Positions 18,854-27,472 of a stretch of DNA of 63,290 nucleotides are shown piece by piece. The translations under genes were made by a program, and so were the position numbers. The stretch lies in the NCBI GenBank assembly GCA_015222205.1, contig JADFUW010000027.1, forward strand, positions 1-63,290, given 5' to 3'. Positions within the stretch are counted from its first letter, which is position 1. Every line of letters begins with the position of its first letter. The notes beneath the pieces are model-generated. The model saw only the letters and a list, made by a program, of their open reading frames with translations, was not told where the DNA came from and made no database searches. This stretch comes from Chloroflexota bacterium (GTDB lineage: Bacteria > Chloroflexota > Dehalococcoidia > Dehalococcoidales > UBA5760).

Positions 18854-21337
18854 TCACCGCACTACCAGATTTACCAGCTTCCCTGGAACATATATTTCTT
18901 TTAATGTCACTTTATCCTTGAGATAAGCCTTCACCCGCTGGCTTTCCAGCGCCAGTTTTTTGGCTTCAGCCTCAGTAATACCTGCCGGAACAATAATCTT
19001 GTCACGCAGCTTGCCATTAACCTGAACTACTAGAGTAACCTCTTCGTCCTTAGCCAGCTCCTCATCCCACTGGGGCCAGCTCTGATTATGAATGCTATAG
19101 TTATGCCCTGTCCTCTCCCATAGCTCCTCAGCCAGGTGGGGTGCTGTGGGTGCTAGAAGTAACAGCAAAATATCTATTGACTCGTTCCAGACTGAGGGAG
19201 TAACAGAGCCTGCTTCTTTAACCTTAGCCAGATAGTTGGTGAACTCCATAAGGGCGGCTATCATCGTATTAAACCGTAGCTTTTCCAAGTCTCCGGTTAC
19301 CTTTCTGATAGTCTGGTGAGTAATGCGGGATAGCTCCCGTTCTACCTGCTCTATATCAGCTTGCTCCCCCTTCAGTTTCTCTAGAGCATGGTCTGGGGTT
19401 CTCGGTTTGTATTCCTCCAGCACCAGGTTCCACACCCGGTTAAGCCAGCGGCTGATGCCACTAATGCCGCTATCATCCCACTCACCGCCCTGCTCCCAGG
19501 GGGCGACAAACATGAGGTAGGCACGCACGGCATCAGCTCCTAGTTCAGAAACATACTCATCGGGAGTAATCACATTGCCCCGTGATTTACTCATCTTTTG
19601 CTTCTCAACAATAATAACCCCCTGGTTAAATAGGCGACTAAACGGCTCGCTAAAACTAACCAGGCCCATGTCCCGCAGCGCCTTGATAAAGAAGCGGGCA
19701 TAGAACAGGTGCATAACCGCATGCTCAGCACCACCGGTATACAGGTCTACCGGTAGCCAGTACTTGACCTTCTCAGCATCAAAAGGAGCCGTATCACAAT
19801 GGGGACTGGCATAGCGCAGGAAATACCACGAGGAGCACATAAATGTATCCATAGTGTCCGTCTCCCGCTTGGCTGGAGCTGAGCACCTGGGGCAGGTAGT
19901 GTTGACAAACTCCTCACAGTACTTTAAGGGAGATTCGCCAGTAGGCTTGAAATCAGCATTTTCCGGTAGTAATACAGGCAGGTCCTCCTCAGGAACCGGG
20001 ACAATGCCACACTTCTCGCAGTAAATCATGGGTATTGGTGCCCCCCAGTAGCGTTGGCGGGAGATGAGCCAATCGCGAAGCCGATAGGTTATAGCCCGCT
20101 TTCCCCAGCCCTTGCCCTCCAGGAAATCACAAATTGCCTCTATGCCTTGTTGGCTGGGCAGTCCATCAAACTGCCCTGAGTTCACCATCGTGCCCGGTTC
20201 AGTATAGGCTTCTGCTAGCTTCCCACCCTGCCACCCCGGCGGGGCTATGACCAGCTTGATGGGCAGGTTATACTTTTTGGCGAAAGCATAGTCACGTTCG
20301 TCGTGAGCCGGCACCGCCATTACTGCCCCGGTGCCATAGCTCATAAGTACATAGTCGGCAATCCACACTGGCACCTTGTCACCGGTGAGCCGATTTACCA
20401 CATAAGCCCCGATAAACACCCCGTCCTTTTCCTTCTCAGTAGACAGCCGCTCTATTTCACTCTGGCGGCGTGACCGGGTAATATACGCCTCAACCTCAGC
20501 CTTTTTCTCTGGTGATGTCAGTTTAGCCACCAGGGGGTGCTCGGGGGCTAGAACCATAAAGGTAACCCCGAAGGCAGTATCCGGGCGGGTAGTGAATACC
20601 CGAATCTCCTTCTCATCTATCCCCGGGCAGTCAAGGGCAAAGGAAATCTCAGCGCCGACGCTCTTACCTACCCAGTTCCGCTGCATTATTTTTATCCGCT
20701 CCGGCCAGTCAATGCCATCATGCTGCATAAGCTCATCAGCATATTTGGTGATACGGAAGAACCACTGTGCCAGGTCTCGCCGGATAACTGCTGTCCCACA
20801 GCGTTCACAGACCCCTCCACCCACCACCTGTTCGTTAGCCAGCACCGTCTGACAGCGAGGGCACCAGTTAACCGGAGCCTTAGCCCGATAAGCCAGACCT
20901 GCCTCATAGAGTTTCAAAAAGAACCACTGTGTCCACTTATAATACTCCGGCAGGCAGGTAACTACCTCACGGCTCCAGTCATAGATAGTGCCCATACTAC
21001 GGAGTTGACGACGCATATTGTCTATGTTTTGCATTGTCCAGGTAAAGGGGTGAATACCCCGCTTAATCGCCGCATTCTCGGCCGGTAGCCCGAAGGCATC
21101 AAAGCCCATCGGGTGGAGCACATTATAGCCCTGCATCCGCTTAAACCGGGCGTGGACATCAGATGGAGCCAGGGCATACCAGTGCCCAATATGGAGGTCT
21201 CCCGATGTATAAGCGAACATGGTCAGGGCATATAACTTGGGCCGGGTATCGTCCTCAGTTACCTCATACAGCCTATCCTCAGCCCACCGCCGCTGCCACT
21301 TCTTTTCTATTTCCTGCGGATTATACTTAGCTAGCAT
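18854..21337 (-). CDS. leuS: Leucine--tRNA ligase
   Basis: HIGH and KMSKS motifs, editing domain VFTTRPDT, WLISRQRYWG. Confidence 0.98.
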   Translation of the reverse strand: MLAKYNPQEIEKKWQRRWAEDRLYEVTEDDTRPKLYALTMFAYTSGDLHIGHWYALAPSDVHARFKRMQGYNVLHPMGFDAFGLPAENAAIKRGIHPFTWTMQNIDNMRRQLRSMGTIYDWSREVVTCLPEYYKWTQWFFLKLYEAGLAYRAKAPVNWCPRCQTVLANEQVVGGGVCERCGTAVIRRDLAQWFFRITKYADELMQHDGIDWPERIKIMQRNWVGKSVGAEISFALDCPGIDEKEIRVFTTRPDTAFGVTFMVLAPEHPLVAKLTSPEKKAEVEAYITRSRRQSEIERLSTEKEKDGVFIGAYVVNRLTGDKVPVWIADYVLMSYGTGAVMAVPAHDERDYAFAKKYNLPIKLVIAPPGWQGGKLAEAYTEPGTMVNSGQFDGLPSQQGIEAICDFLEGKGWGKRAITYRLRDWLISRQRYWGAPIPMIYCEKCGIVPVPEEDLPVLLPENADFKPTGESPLKYCEEFVNTTCPRCSAPAKRETDTMDTFMCSSWYFLRYASPHCDTAPFDAEKVKYWLPVDLYTGGAEHAVMHLFYARFFIKALRDMGLVSFSEPFSRLFNQGVIIVEKQKMSKSRGNVITPDEYVSELGADAVRAYLMFVAPWEQGGEWDDSGISGISRWLNRVWNLVLEEYKPRTPDHALEKLKGEQADIEQVERELSRITHQTIRKVTGDLEKLRFNTMIAALMEFTNYLAKVKEAGSVTPSVWNESIDILLLLLAPTAPHLAEELWERTGHNYSIHNQSWPQWDEELAKDEEVTLVVQVNGKLRDKIIVPAGITEAEAKKLALESQRVKAYLKDKVTLKEIYVPGKLVNLVVR

Positions 21338-21344
21338 TTATCCA

Positions 21345-21444
21345 TCTCACCTAAATAAAAGCCCTCCGCCACCACGCATCACCAGCGAAGAGCTACCCAG
21401 CCCTTATTTAGGGTAATTGTAACAATAAGCAGTGTGGCTTGCAA
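21345..21444 (-). promoter_or_regulatory. leuS promoter and structured 5' leader
   Basis: TTGCAA-17-TACAAT with TG extension; leader CCUAAAUAAGG pairs with UUUUAUUUAGG, which overlaps the SD; inner GC-rich stem. Confidence 0.55.
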
Positions 21445-21630
21445 CCGCGGGTAATCTGTCAGCGAGACTTCCTTAGGGAGGGGAAGTCTCTAAAAGAAGT
21501 GGTTATTGAAGATTTGACCAGGGAGCAGATGATAAGTTATCTTAAGTGTGGTTAGAGAACCCAAAACGCTAGAGAAAATCTGGCTTGACTGGGTAGGCTT
21601 GTGAGATGAATGTTTTAAGGGAAGACCAAG

Positions 21631-23613
21631 ATGATAGAAGACAAGAAGGATAAATATTTAGTCACCTTTCGGCCATCGGGCAAGAGAGGCTATATCGAAG
21701 CGGGGAGGAGTGTTGGGGAGGCTGCTCTGGAGCTGGGTGTGGACCTGGAGAACATCTGTGGAGGCAGAGGTGTCTGCGGCAAGTGCCGGGTTAGGATTAA
21801 AGAAGGCTTACTGGGTAGACATGACATCAAAACAGGGGTTAAAGGTCTTTCCCCTTTGACGGATTCTGAGCGAAAGCGCCTCACCAGACAGGAGAAATCA
21901 GACGGTTATCGGTTAGCCTGTCAAGCTCGTATTTATGATAACATCACCGTCTTTGTTCCCGAGGAGAGTCGGGTAGGGAAGCAGATTGTACGCAAAGCGG
22001 CTACAGAGAGGGCGGTTAACTTAGAACCAGCGGTCAAAAAATACTATGTAGAGATGAAACCGGCTAGCCTAGAGGAGCCACAGGCAGACTGGGAGCGCCT
22101 GCAAGCTGAGCTTAAGAAAAGGTTTGGCTTGGATAACTTGATTATTGACTATACGGTGCTTCTCAATTTACGGAAGGCGATGCGCTTAAACGATTGGAAA
22201 GTAACCGTAACACTCTGGATGAATAGGGAGGTTATTAAGATAGAGCCTGGATTTGTGGATAAAGGATACGGTCTGGCTGTGGATATAGGCACCACTACCA
22301 TGGTTGGTTACCTCTGTGACCTATCTGGTGGTGAAGTGGCGGCTAGCGATTCTATGATAAATCCGCAGGTGATTTATGGTGCCGATGTCATGTCTCGCAT
22401 CACCTATATTATGGCTAATGACAGTGGATTGGAACGTGCCCACCGGGCGGTTATTAAGGCCATTAATCAGATAGCACGGCGGGCTGCTCTTCAGGCCGGC
22501 GTTAAGCGAGAGGACATAGTTGATGTGAGTGTTGTCGGCAATACCTGCATGCATCATATCTTCCTCTCCATTGACCCATCTGGTTTGGGTCAGTCTCCCT
22601 TTACGCCGGCGATACATCATTCCCTGGATATTAAGGCTCGTGATTTAGGACTCAAAATATCACCTGGGGCTTATGTTCATGTTCTCCCCATTGAGGCTGG
22701 TTTCGTAGGCGCCGATAATGTAGGGGTGCTCATTGCCGAAGAGCCCCACAAACAGAATGATATTATGCTCATCATTGACATCGGCACTAATGGCGAACTT
22801 GTCTTGGGCAACCGTAAGAGGCTCATTTCCAGTTCCTGTGCTACTGGCCCGGCCTTTGAGGGAGCCCAGATTAAATACGGCATGTGTGCTGCTCCGGAAG
22901 CTATTGAGAAAGTAAAGATAGACCCGGTCACTAAAGAAGTGCACTTCAAGGTTATCGGCGGGGCGGACTGGGATGTGGATTCAGGTGCTGTGAAGGCAAA
23001 AGGTATCTGTGGCTCGGGGATAGTTGACGCTGTAGCTGAGATGTTGAAAGCAGGTATTTTACAGCGAAGTGGTCGCTTTAACATAGATTTAGGGACGCCT
23101 CGCCTGCGCCGCACTGAGAAAGGACCGGAGTTTGTTATTGCCTGGGCAAATGAAACAGCCATCGGCCAGGATATTACCCTGTGTCAGGGTGATATCAGGG
23201 CGGTGCAGTTAGCCAAGGGCGCTATGTATGCTGGGGCCAAGCTGATGATGTGCCGTTTAGGGGTGGCTAGATTGGATAAAGTTGTCCTGGCGGGGGCATT
23301 TGGTAGCTACATTGATAAGGAATCAGCCCTAACACTGGGGCTTTTTCCCGACTGTCCTTTGGAGGATATCTATTCTGTGGGTAATGCCGCTGGTGATGGA
23401 GCTCGCCTTGCCTTACTTAATATGGATAAAAGAAGTGAAGCTGATGAGATTGCCCGGGAAGTGGAGTATATAGAATTAGCTGTGGAACCAGACTTTGCTA
23501 CCCAGTTTAGCCAGGCTATGTACTTTCCCCACAAGAAGGATGAGTTTCCTCACCTGAGCGAGCTCTTTCAGGCAAAGAAAAATTCTGAAGTTAAGGGGAT
23601 GAAAACATGCTGA
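21631..23613 (+). CDS. RACo/DUF4445-type ASKHA ATP-dependent corrinoid reductive activator with N-terminal 2Fe-2S domain
   Basis: CGGRGVCGKC...RLACQ, DIGTTT, DIGTNGE, CATGPAFEG, GICGSG and LAGAFG motifs. Confidence 0.92.
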   Translation: MIEDKKDKYLVTFRPSGKRGYIEAGRSVGEAALELGVDLENICGGRGVCGKCRVRIKEGLLGRHDIKTGVKGLSPLTDSERKRLTRQEKSDGYRLACQARIYDNITVFVPEESRVGKQIVRKAATERAVNLEPAVKKYYVEMKPASLEEPQADWERLQAELKKRFGLDNLIIDYTVLLNLRKAMRLNDWKVTVTLWMNREVIKIEPGFVDKGYGLAVDIGTTTMVGYLCDLSGGEVAASDSMINPQVIYGADVMSRITYIMANDSGLERAHRAVIKAINQIARRAALQAGVKREDIVDVSVVGNTCMHHIFLSIDPSGLGQSPFTPAIHHSLDIKARDLGLKISPGAYVHVLPIEAGFVGADNVGVLIAEEPHKQNDIMLIIDIGTNGELVLGNRKRLISSSCATGPAFEGAQIKYGMCAAPEAIEKVKIDPVTKEVHFKVIGGADWDVDSGAVKAKGICGSGIVDAVAEMLKAGILQRSGRFNIDLGTPRLRRTEKGPEFVIAWANETAIGQDITLCQGDIRAVQLAKGAMYAGAKLMMCRLGVARLDKVVLAGAFGSYIDKESALTLGLFPDCPLEDIYSVGNAAGDGARLALLNMDKRSEADEIAREVEYIELAVEPDFATQFSQAMYFPHKKDEFPHLSELFQAKKNSEVKGMKTC

Positions 23614-24410
23614 TAATTGGAGAGAAGATAAATGCATCTATAAAGTCGGTGAGAACGGCAATAATGGAAAGGGATGTCAACCTTTTGCAAAACCTGGCTA
23701 AATCTCAGGCGGAGAGCGGCGCCGATTATATAGACGTCAACGTTTCTACTGAGAAGGGAAGGGATTTTGACATAGAGAGTATGGAATGGGCGGTGGAAAA
23801 GATTCAGGAAGTAGTGGATAAACCTTTGACAATTGATTCCCCAGATGCCAAAACCCTTGAGGCTGGGCTACGAAGATGTCAGCAAAAGGCCATGATAAAC
23901 TCAATAACTGCTGAGCCAGGGAAACTAGAGAACATTCTTCCCTTAGCCAAGGAATTTGATTCTGAAATCATAGCCTTAGCATTAGGAGATGAAGGGATTC
24001 CACCTGAGGTAGAGGGAAGGCTTAGGGCTTGCCAGAAGATAGCAGAGAGTGCCCAGAAGCAGGGAATAGCTTTGGAGAAATTGTATTTTGACCCTCTGGT
24101 GCTCACTGTGTCAGCAGATACCTCCCAAGGAATTATTACCCTTGAGGCTTTAAGGGGGATAAAATCTCAGTTACCCGAAGCGAAGACAACGCTTGGTTTG
24201 AGCAATATATCTTTTGGCCTTCCGGGAAGGTCGCTGGTAAACAGGAGCTTCCTGCTTATGGCAATTTATGCCGGTCTTGATTCTGCAGTTATTGACCCTC
24301 TGGATAGGAAACTTATGTCCGTAGTAAAAGCTGGAGAAATGGTTTTGGGTAAGGATAATTATTGCGTGAATTACTTACGAGCCTACAAGAAGGGCCTTCT
24401 AGAATTTTAG
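23607..24410 (+). CDS. acsE: Methyltetrahydrofolate:corrinoid methyltransferase (AcsE-like, pterin-binding)
   Basis: IIGEKIN, IDS, MINS, FDPLV and GLSNISFGLP motifs. Confidence 0.85.
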   Translation: MLIIGEKINASIKSVRTAIMERDVNLLQNLAKSQAESGADYIDVNVSTEKGRDFDIESMEWAVEKIQEVVDKPLTIDSPDAKTLEAGLRRCQQKAMINSITAEPGKLENILPLAKEFDSEIIALALGDEGIPPEVEGRLRACQKIAESAQKQGIALEKLYFDPLVLTVSADTSQGIITLEALRGIKSQLPEAKTTLGLSNISFGLPGRSLVNRSFLLMAIYAGLDSAVIDPLDRKLMSVVKAGEMVLGKDNYCVNYLRAYKKGLLEF

Positions 24411-24548
24411 GCGTTGTTATACACTTTCCCATTGGGAAAGGCAATATAGCCGGGATAAGTCAAATAGTGAACCCATTTAGTAAACTGGCCGGCAGGATAA
24501 GATTGAGAAGCAAAGAGTAACATCAGAAGTTCTGCCTATTGTCACCCT

Positions 24549-24624
24549 TGGTGGAGATAGGGGGATTCGAACCCCCAACCTCTGCGATGCGAACGCAGCG
24601 CTCTCCCTACTGAGCTATATCCCC
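24549..24624 (-). tRNA. tRNA-Ala(CGC)
   Basis: GGGGATATAGCTCAG...CTGCG-TTCGCAT-CGCAG...GTTCGAATC...CTCCACCA cloverleaf with G3:U70 pair. Confidence 0.97.
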
Positions 24625-24746
24625 ATGTCAGTAAAAATTATAACATACTTCACTGAACTTGGTGCCCTCTTTGGACAATTCAATAGATTCAAGCGTTGCA
24701 GTCACGCCGATTAATAGCTCCTCAGTATTCGTTATTAAGGGCAAAA

Positions 24747-26378
24747 TTATCTTGGATGCTTTTGCCGATAGTACCCATAGTACCAGGTTAGCCAAGCTAA
24801 CAATGTGAGAGCAGCAATGAGCCCTCCAATAAGCCACCAGTTGGTCCATACCAAAGTCTGGAATTCTCCACTCAGGTCACCTATCTGTACTACATAGTGG
24901 CCTGGCTTATTTTCAGTAACAGTGAAGATTACCTCCCGACTTTGTCCGGGACGAAGGGTGATATTCTTGGTGTCTTGTGTTTGCCCATTTATCTTGAGGT
25001 CGGCGACATAGCTGCCTTCCTGCCCACCATCGTTACCTATCTCGGTGCTGATGGTAACACTTTTTGCTGTTCTTACCATAAGGGTAAAGGGTTCCCATAT
25101 CCCTATCTTTTCCTGGCTGGGCGTGATGGTCAAGCCACCGGCCACAAAGTGGGCAGGTGGAGGTGGCGGCGGTGGGGGAGGTGGAGGCGAAGGTTCTGGT
25201 GAAGAAGGTGGGGATGGTGATGGGGGTAACGTCGCCATTACGGCGAGTGAAGAAAAGTGGTTTACCAGTCCAGCTGCCGTACCGACCTCAGCCACTCTAC
25301 CTGGGACACCTTGTGATTTAACCCATTTGCCGAGTTCAGTATCGTAATAGGCGATAAACAACGAGGTAGCATCCTCAGGCAGTTCCTCGGTGGGATAACT
25401 TAATAACACTGTAATTGGTGAGCCGAAGGTAACCATAGGACATTTTGGACAATCTGGGTCTTCCCAATACACTTCCTTATATCCGATAAAGTCATAAACT
25501 TGACCAACTGCTGCCATATCATCCGGTATTGGTGGCGGGTCCTCAGACGGCCTCATTACCACTATTTCTGGGTAGTTCCCACATCCTGGATGCTCACCAC
25601 AAATTACCGGCGTGCCATCGTCAATTACTAAGAAGTGTATATCTTCGGGGTCAGAGGGCTCGTAGTCTTTGAGAACCTTGTTGCCACAGCATCCGACCTT
25701 TATCTTGGTTATTTCACCCAGCATGTCTATCAGGAAATAACACGCCCCTCCACCACCGCCAGTGGGGCCACGGCTACCAGTGGTAGTGGGAGGAGGAGGA
25801 TACTCCTCGAGTGCATAATTTATGTCAAAAGATAGGCAATCTCCTTGAACATCATTACCTGTCGGGCAGGGCAGTTCCCAGTCCCAATCCAGGGTAACGG
25901 TATCACCAGAATTGAGTGGAATTATCTTGACATAATTTGGATCCAAAAAACTCTGCGGAAGGTTAAGGAGCGTCGTTGGAAGGCTTATATTGGTGCTTAA
26001 TCGGCCAGGAGGAATAGAAGAGAGGTCAAACAGTAAGTGGTCAATAAGCTCACCGGGCTCTGAGGTATCGCCCGTCTCAGGTTCCGGGTTTAAGCCTTCA
26101 GTGCTCTCAATATCGCTTATCCAGATGGTAACAAAACCATCTTCGTCACCAGCATTGTGCAGGGTGACCGTCTCAACGCCGCTATCGCAGGGCATAATAT
26201 TCTCTATATTCCAGCTAGTAGCTCCTCCACCCCCCAGCACCAGGTCTACCGGGTCAGCAGCCTGAACTGGGGTTGGTAAAGAGCCAAGCAGAGCCAGCCC
26301 TATTACCGCCGCTAGAAACAATCTGGTGGCGTATCTCGTAGTTCTGCCATTCATAATAGCTTCTTTTAACCTGTTCAT
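24747..26378 (-). CDS. Membrane-anchored TasA/camelysin-like protein with Pro-rich linkers, CARDB-like Ig domain and C-terminal TM; lacks the donor strand
   Basis: Sec signal ending VQA; NIENIMPCDS..VTLHNAG and TGNDVQGDCLSFDI align with the neighbouring TasA-like subunit; C-terminal TM plus basic tail. Confidence 0.75.
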   Translation of the reverse strand: MNRLKEAIMNGRTTRYATRLFLAAVIGLALLGSLPTPVQAADPVDLVLGGGGATSWNIENIMPCDSGVETVTLHNAGDEDGFVTIWISDIESTEGLNPEPETGDTSEPGELIDHLLFDLSSIPPGRLSTNISLPTTLLNLPQSFLDPNYVKIIPLNSGDTVTLDWDWELPCPTGNDVQGDCLSFDINYALEEYPPPPTTTGSRGPTGGGGGACYFLIDMLGEITKIKVGCCGNKVLKDYEPSDPEDIHFLVIDDGTPVICGEHPGCGNYPEIVVMRPSEDPPPIPDDMAAVGQVYDFIGYKEVYWEDPDCPKCPMVTFGSPITVLLSYPTEELPEDATSLFIAYYDTELGKWVKSQGVPGRVAEVGTAAGLVNHFSSLAVMATLPPSPSPPSSPEPSPPPPPPPPPPPAHFVAGGLTITPSQEKIGIWEPFTLMVRTAKSVTISTEIGNDGGQEGSYVADLKINGQTQDTKNITLRPGQSREVIFTVTENKPGHYVVQIGDLSGEFQTLVWTNWWLIGGLIAALTLLAWLTWYYGYYRQKHPR

Positions 26379-26398
26379 TGCCCGCTCATCATTTATAG

Positions 26399-27268
26399 TT
26401 ATACACCCGTTGCATCAGCGTTATTACCGTCAAGTGCGAACTCAGATGTGGCATTTTCTTCAATGCCGACTCCATCAAATAGGTTGGTTATGTCATACTC
26501 ATACATCTTATCTGTACCATCATCCACCACCCACAGCGATGTACCATCAAGCATAGCCCCGGCTGGACTCTGGAGCTTATTGTTAGTTGTGTACTCTAAT
26601 AGTACCTTTGAGACGGTTACTGGTGTGCCTCCAGGGTGTGGGTACTGATAGAACCTTGTTTCTTTCGGCGTGCTCGTGCTGTAATCCACTACATAGAGGT
26701 AGTTACTGTCGATAGCTAATCCCGCGGCTCCTTTGTTATCAGTATCAAGAGTAATCTTCTGAGCAGCGTTTATGTCACCAGGTCCAGAAAATGCTGTACC
26801 CAGTGGATATCGGTATATATTCTTATCGTTACCCGAAAGCACCCACATTTCAGTACCATAAATAGCTAAACCATCTATGTTCCCAACACTACTCGGCCCA
26901 ACAGCCTTCAAGAGCTTCTTGGAGACATCTTCAAGAGTCCCACAACAGTCGTATTTATAGACCTGCTTCCGAGCATGGTCGATGACATAAACATTCGTTC
27001 CCACCGCAGCCACGCCAGTGGGGAACCCGTTGTCGCCCGAAAGGCCAAAGCTATCTACCGGAGTACCGGAAGCATTGTACTTGTAGATTTTAGCATCAGG
27101 CTTGTCGGAGACATTAAACTTCTCGCAGGTACATACAACCTCCTCTACCCATGCCGTAAACTGATTACCCGTTGAGGTCTCGGTATCACTAAAAAAAGCG
27201 GAGGTGCCACGGCTCGTTATCCCCAGAAGAAGGATAAGAGCTAATGACAGAATTAAGACCTTCTTCAC
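26399..27268 (-). CDS. SipW-cognate signal peptide protein with NHL-like beta-propeller repeats
   Basis: GTSA|FFSDTETSTGNQFTA, then about four GxAxxGxxxYVxD..IYxY repeats. Confidence 0.75.
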   Translation of the reverse strand: MKKVLILSLALILLLGITSRGTSAFFSDTETSTGNQFTAWVEEVVCTCEKFNVSDKPDAKIYKYNASGTPVDSFGLSGDNGFPTGVAAVGTNVYVIDHARKQVYKYDCCGTLEDVSKKLLKAVGPSSVGNIDGLAIYGTEMWVLSGNDKNIYRYPLGTAFSGPGDINAAQKITLDTDNKGAAGLAIDSNYLYVVDYSTSTPKETRFYQYPHPGGTPVTVSKVLLEYTTNNKLQSPAGAMLDGTSLWVVDDGTDKMYEYDITNLFDGVGIEENATSEFALDGNNADATGV

Positions 27269-27370
27269 CTATGGCACCTCCTTTCTTTCAGTAGTCTCTC
27301 TATTCCTAGCGGGCTTCCGCCCGCCATTGCACAAATTCAACCATATGCCGGCTCCGAAGTAAAGGTGAAG

Positions 27371-27433
27371 CCGACCCCACCGCCAACCATGACACTGGGT
27401 TGGTGGTGGAGCGGGACTCCCGCCCCACCACCA
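27371..27433 (-). promoter_or_regulatory. Strong intercistronic hairpin(s) after the TasA-like major subunit gene
   Basis: 27401-27415 pairs with 27419-27433; alternatively 27371-27388 pairs with 27398-27414. Confidence 0.6.
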
Positions 27434-27472
27434 CTTTACTGCCACCTCCATCTAACCAACTAGCCACGGGCA

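Noticed and set aside
21340-21450. T-box riboswitch before leuS
   Set aside because: Leader is too short and lacks the UGGNACC antiterminator bulge and stem I
21464-21490. Isolated intergenic hairpins (also about 56116-56156) as a REP/MITE family
   Set aside because: Sequences are not similar enough to each other to define a repeat family within this window
21450-24624. tRNA-Ala as integration site for the corrinoid gene pair
   Set aside because: No duplicated tRNA 3' end and no integrase seen
27269-27451. 60-aa ORF between the shaft and tip genes
   Set aside because: Its Trp/Gly/Pro bias is explained by GC-rich hairpins; no recognisable domain
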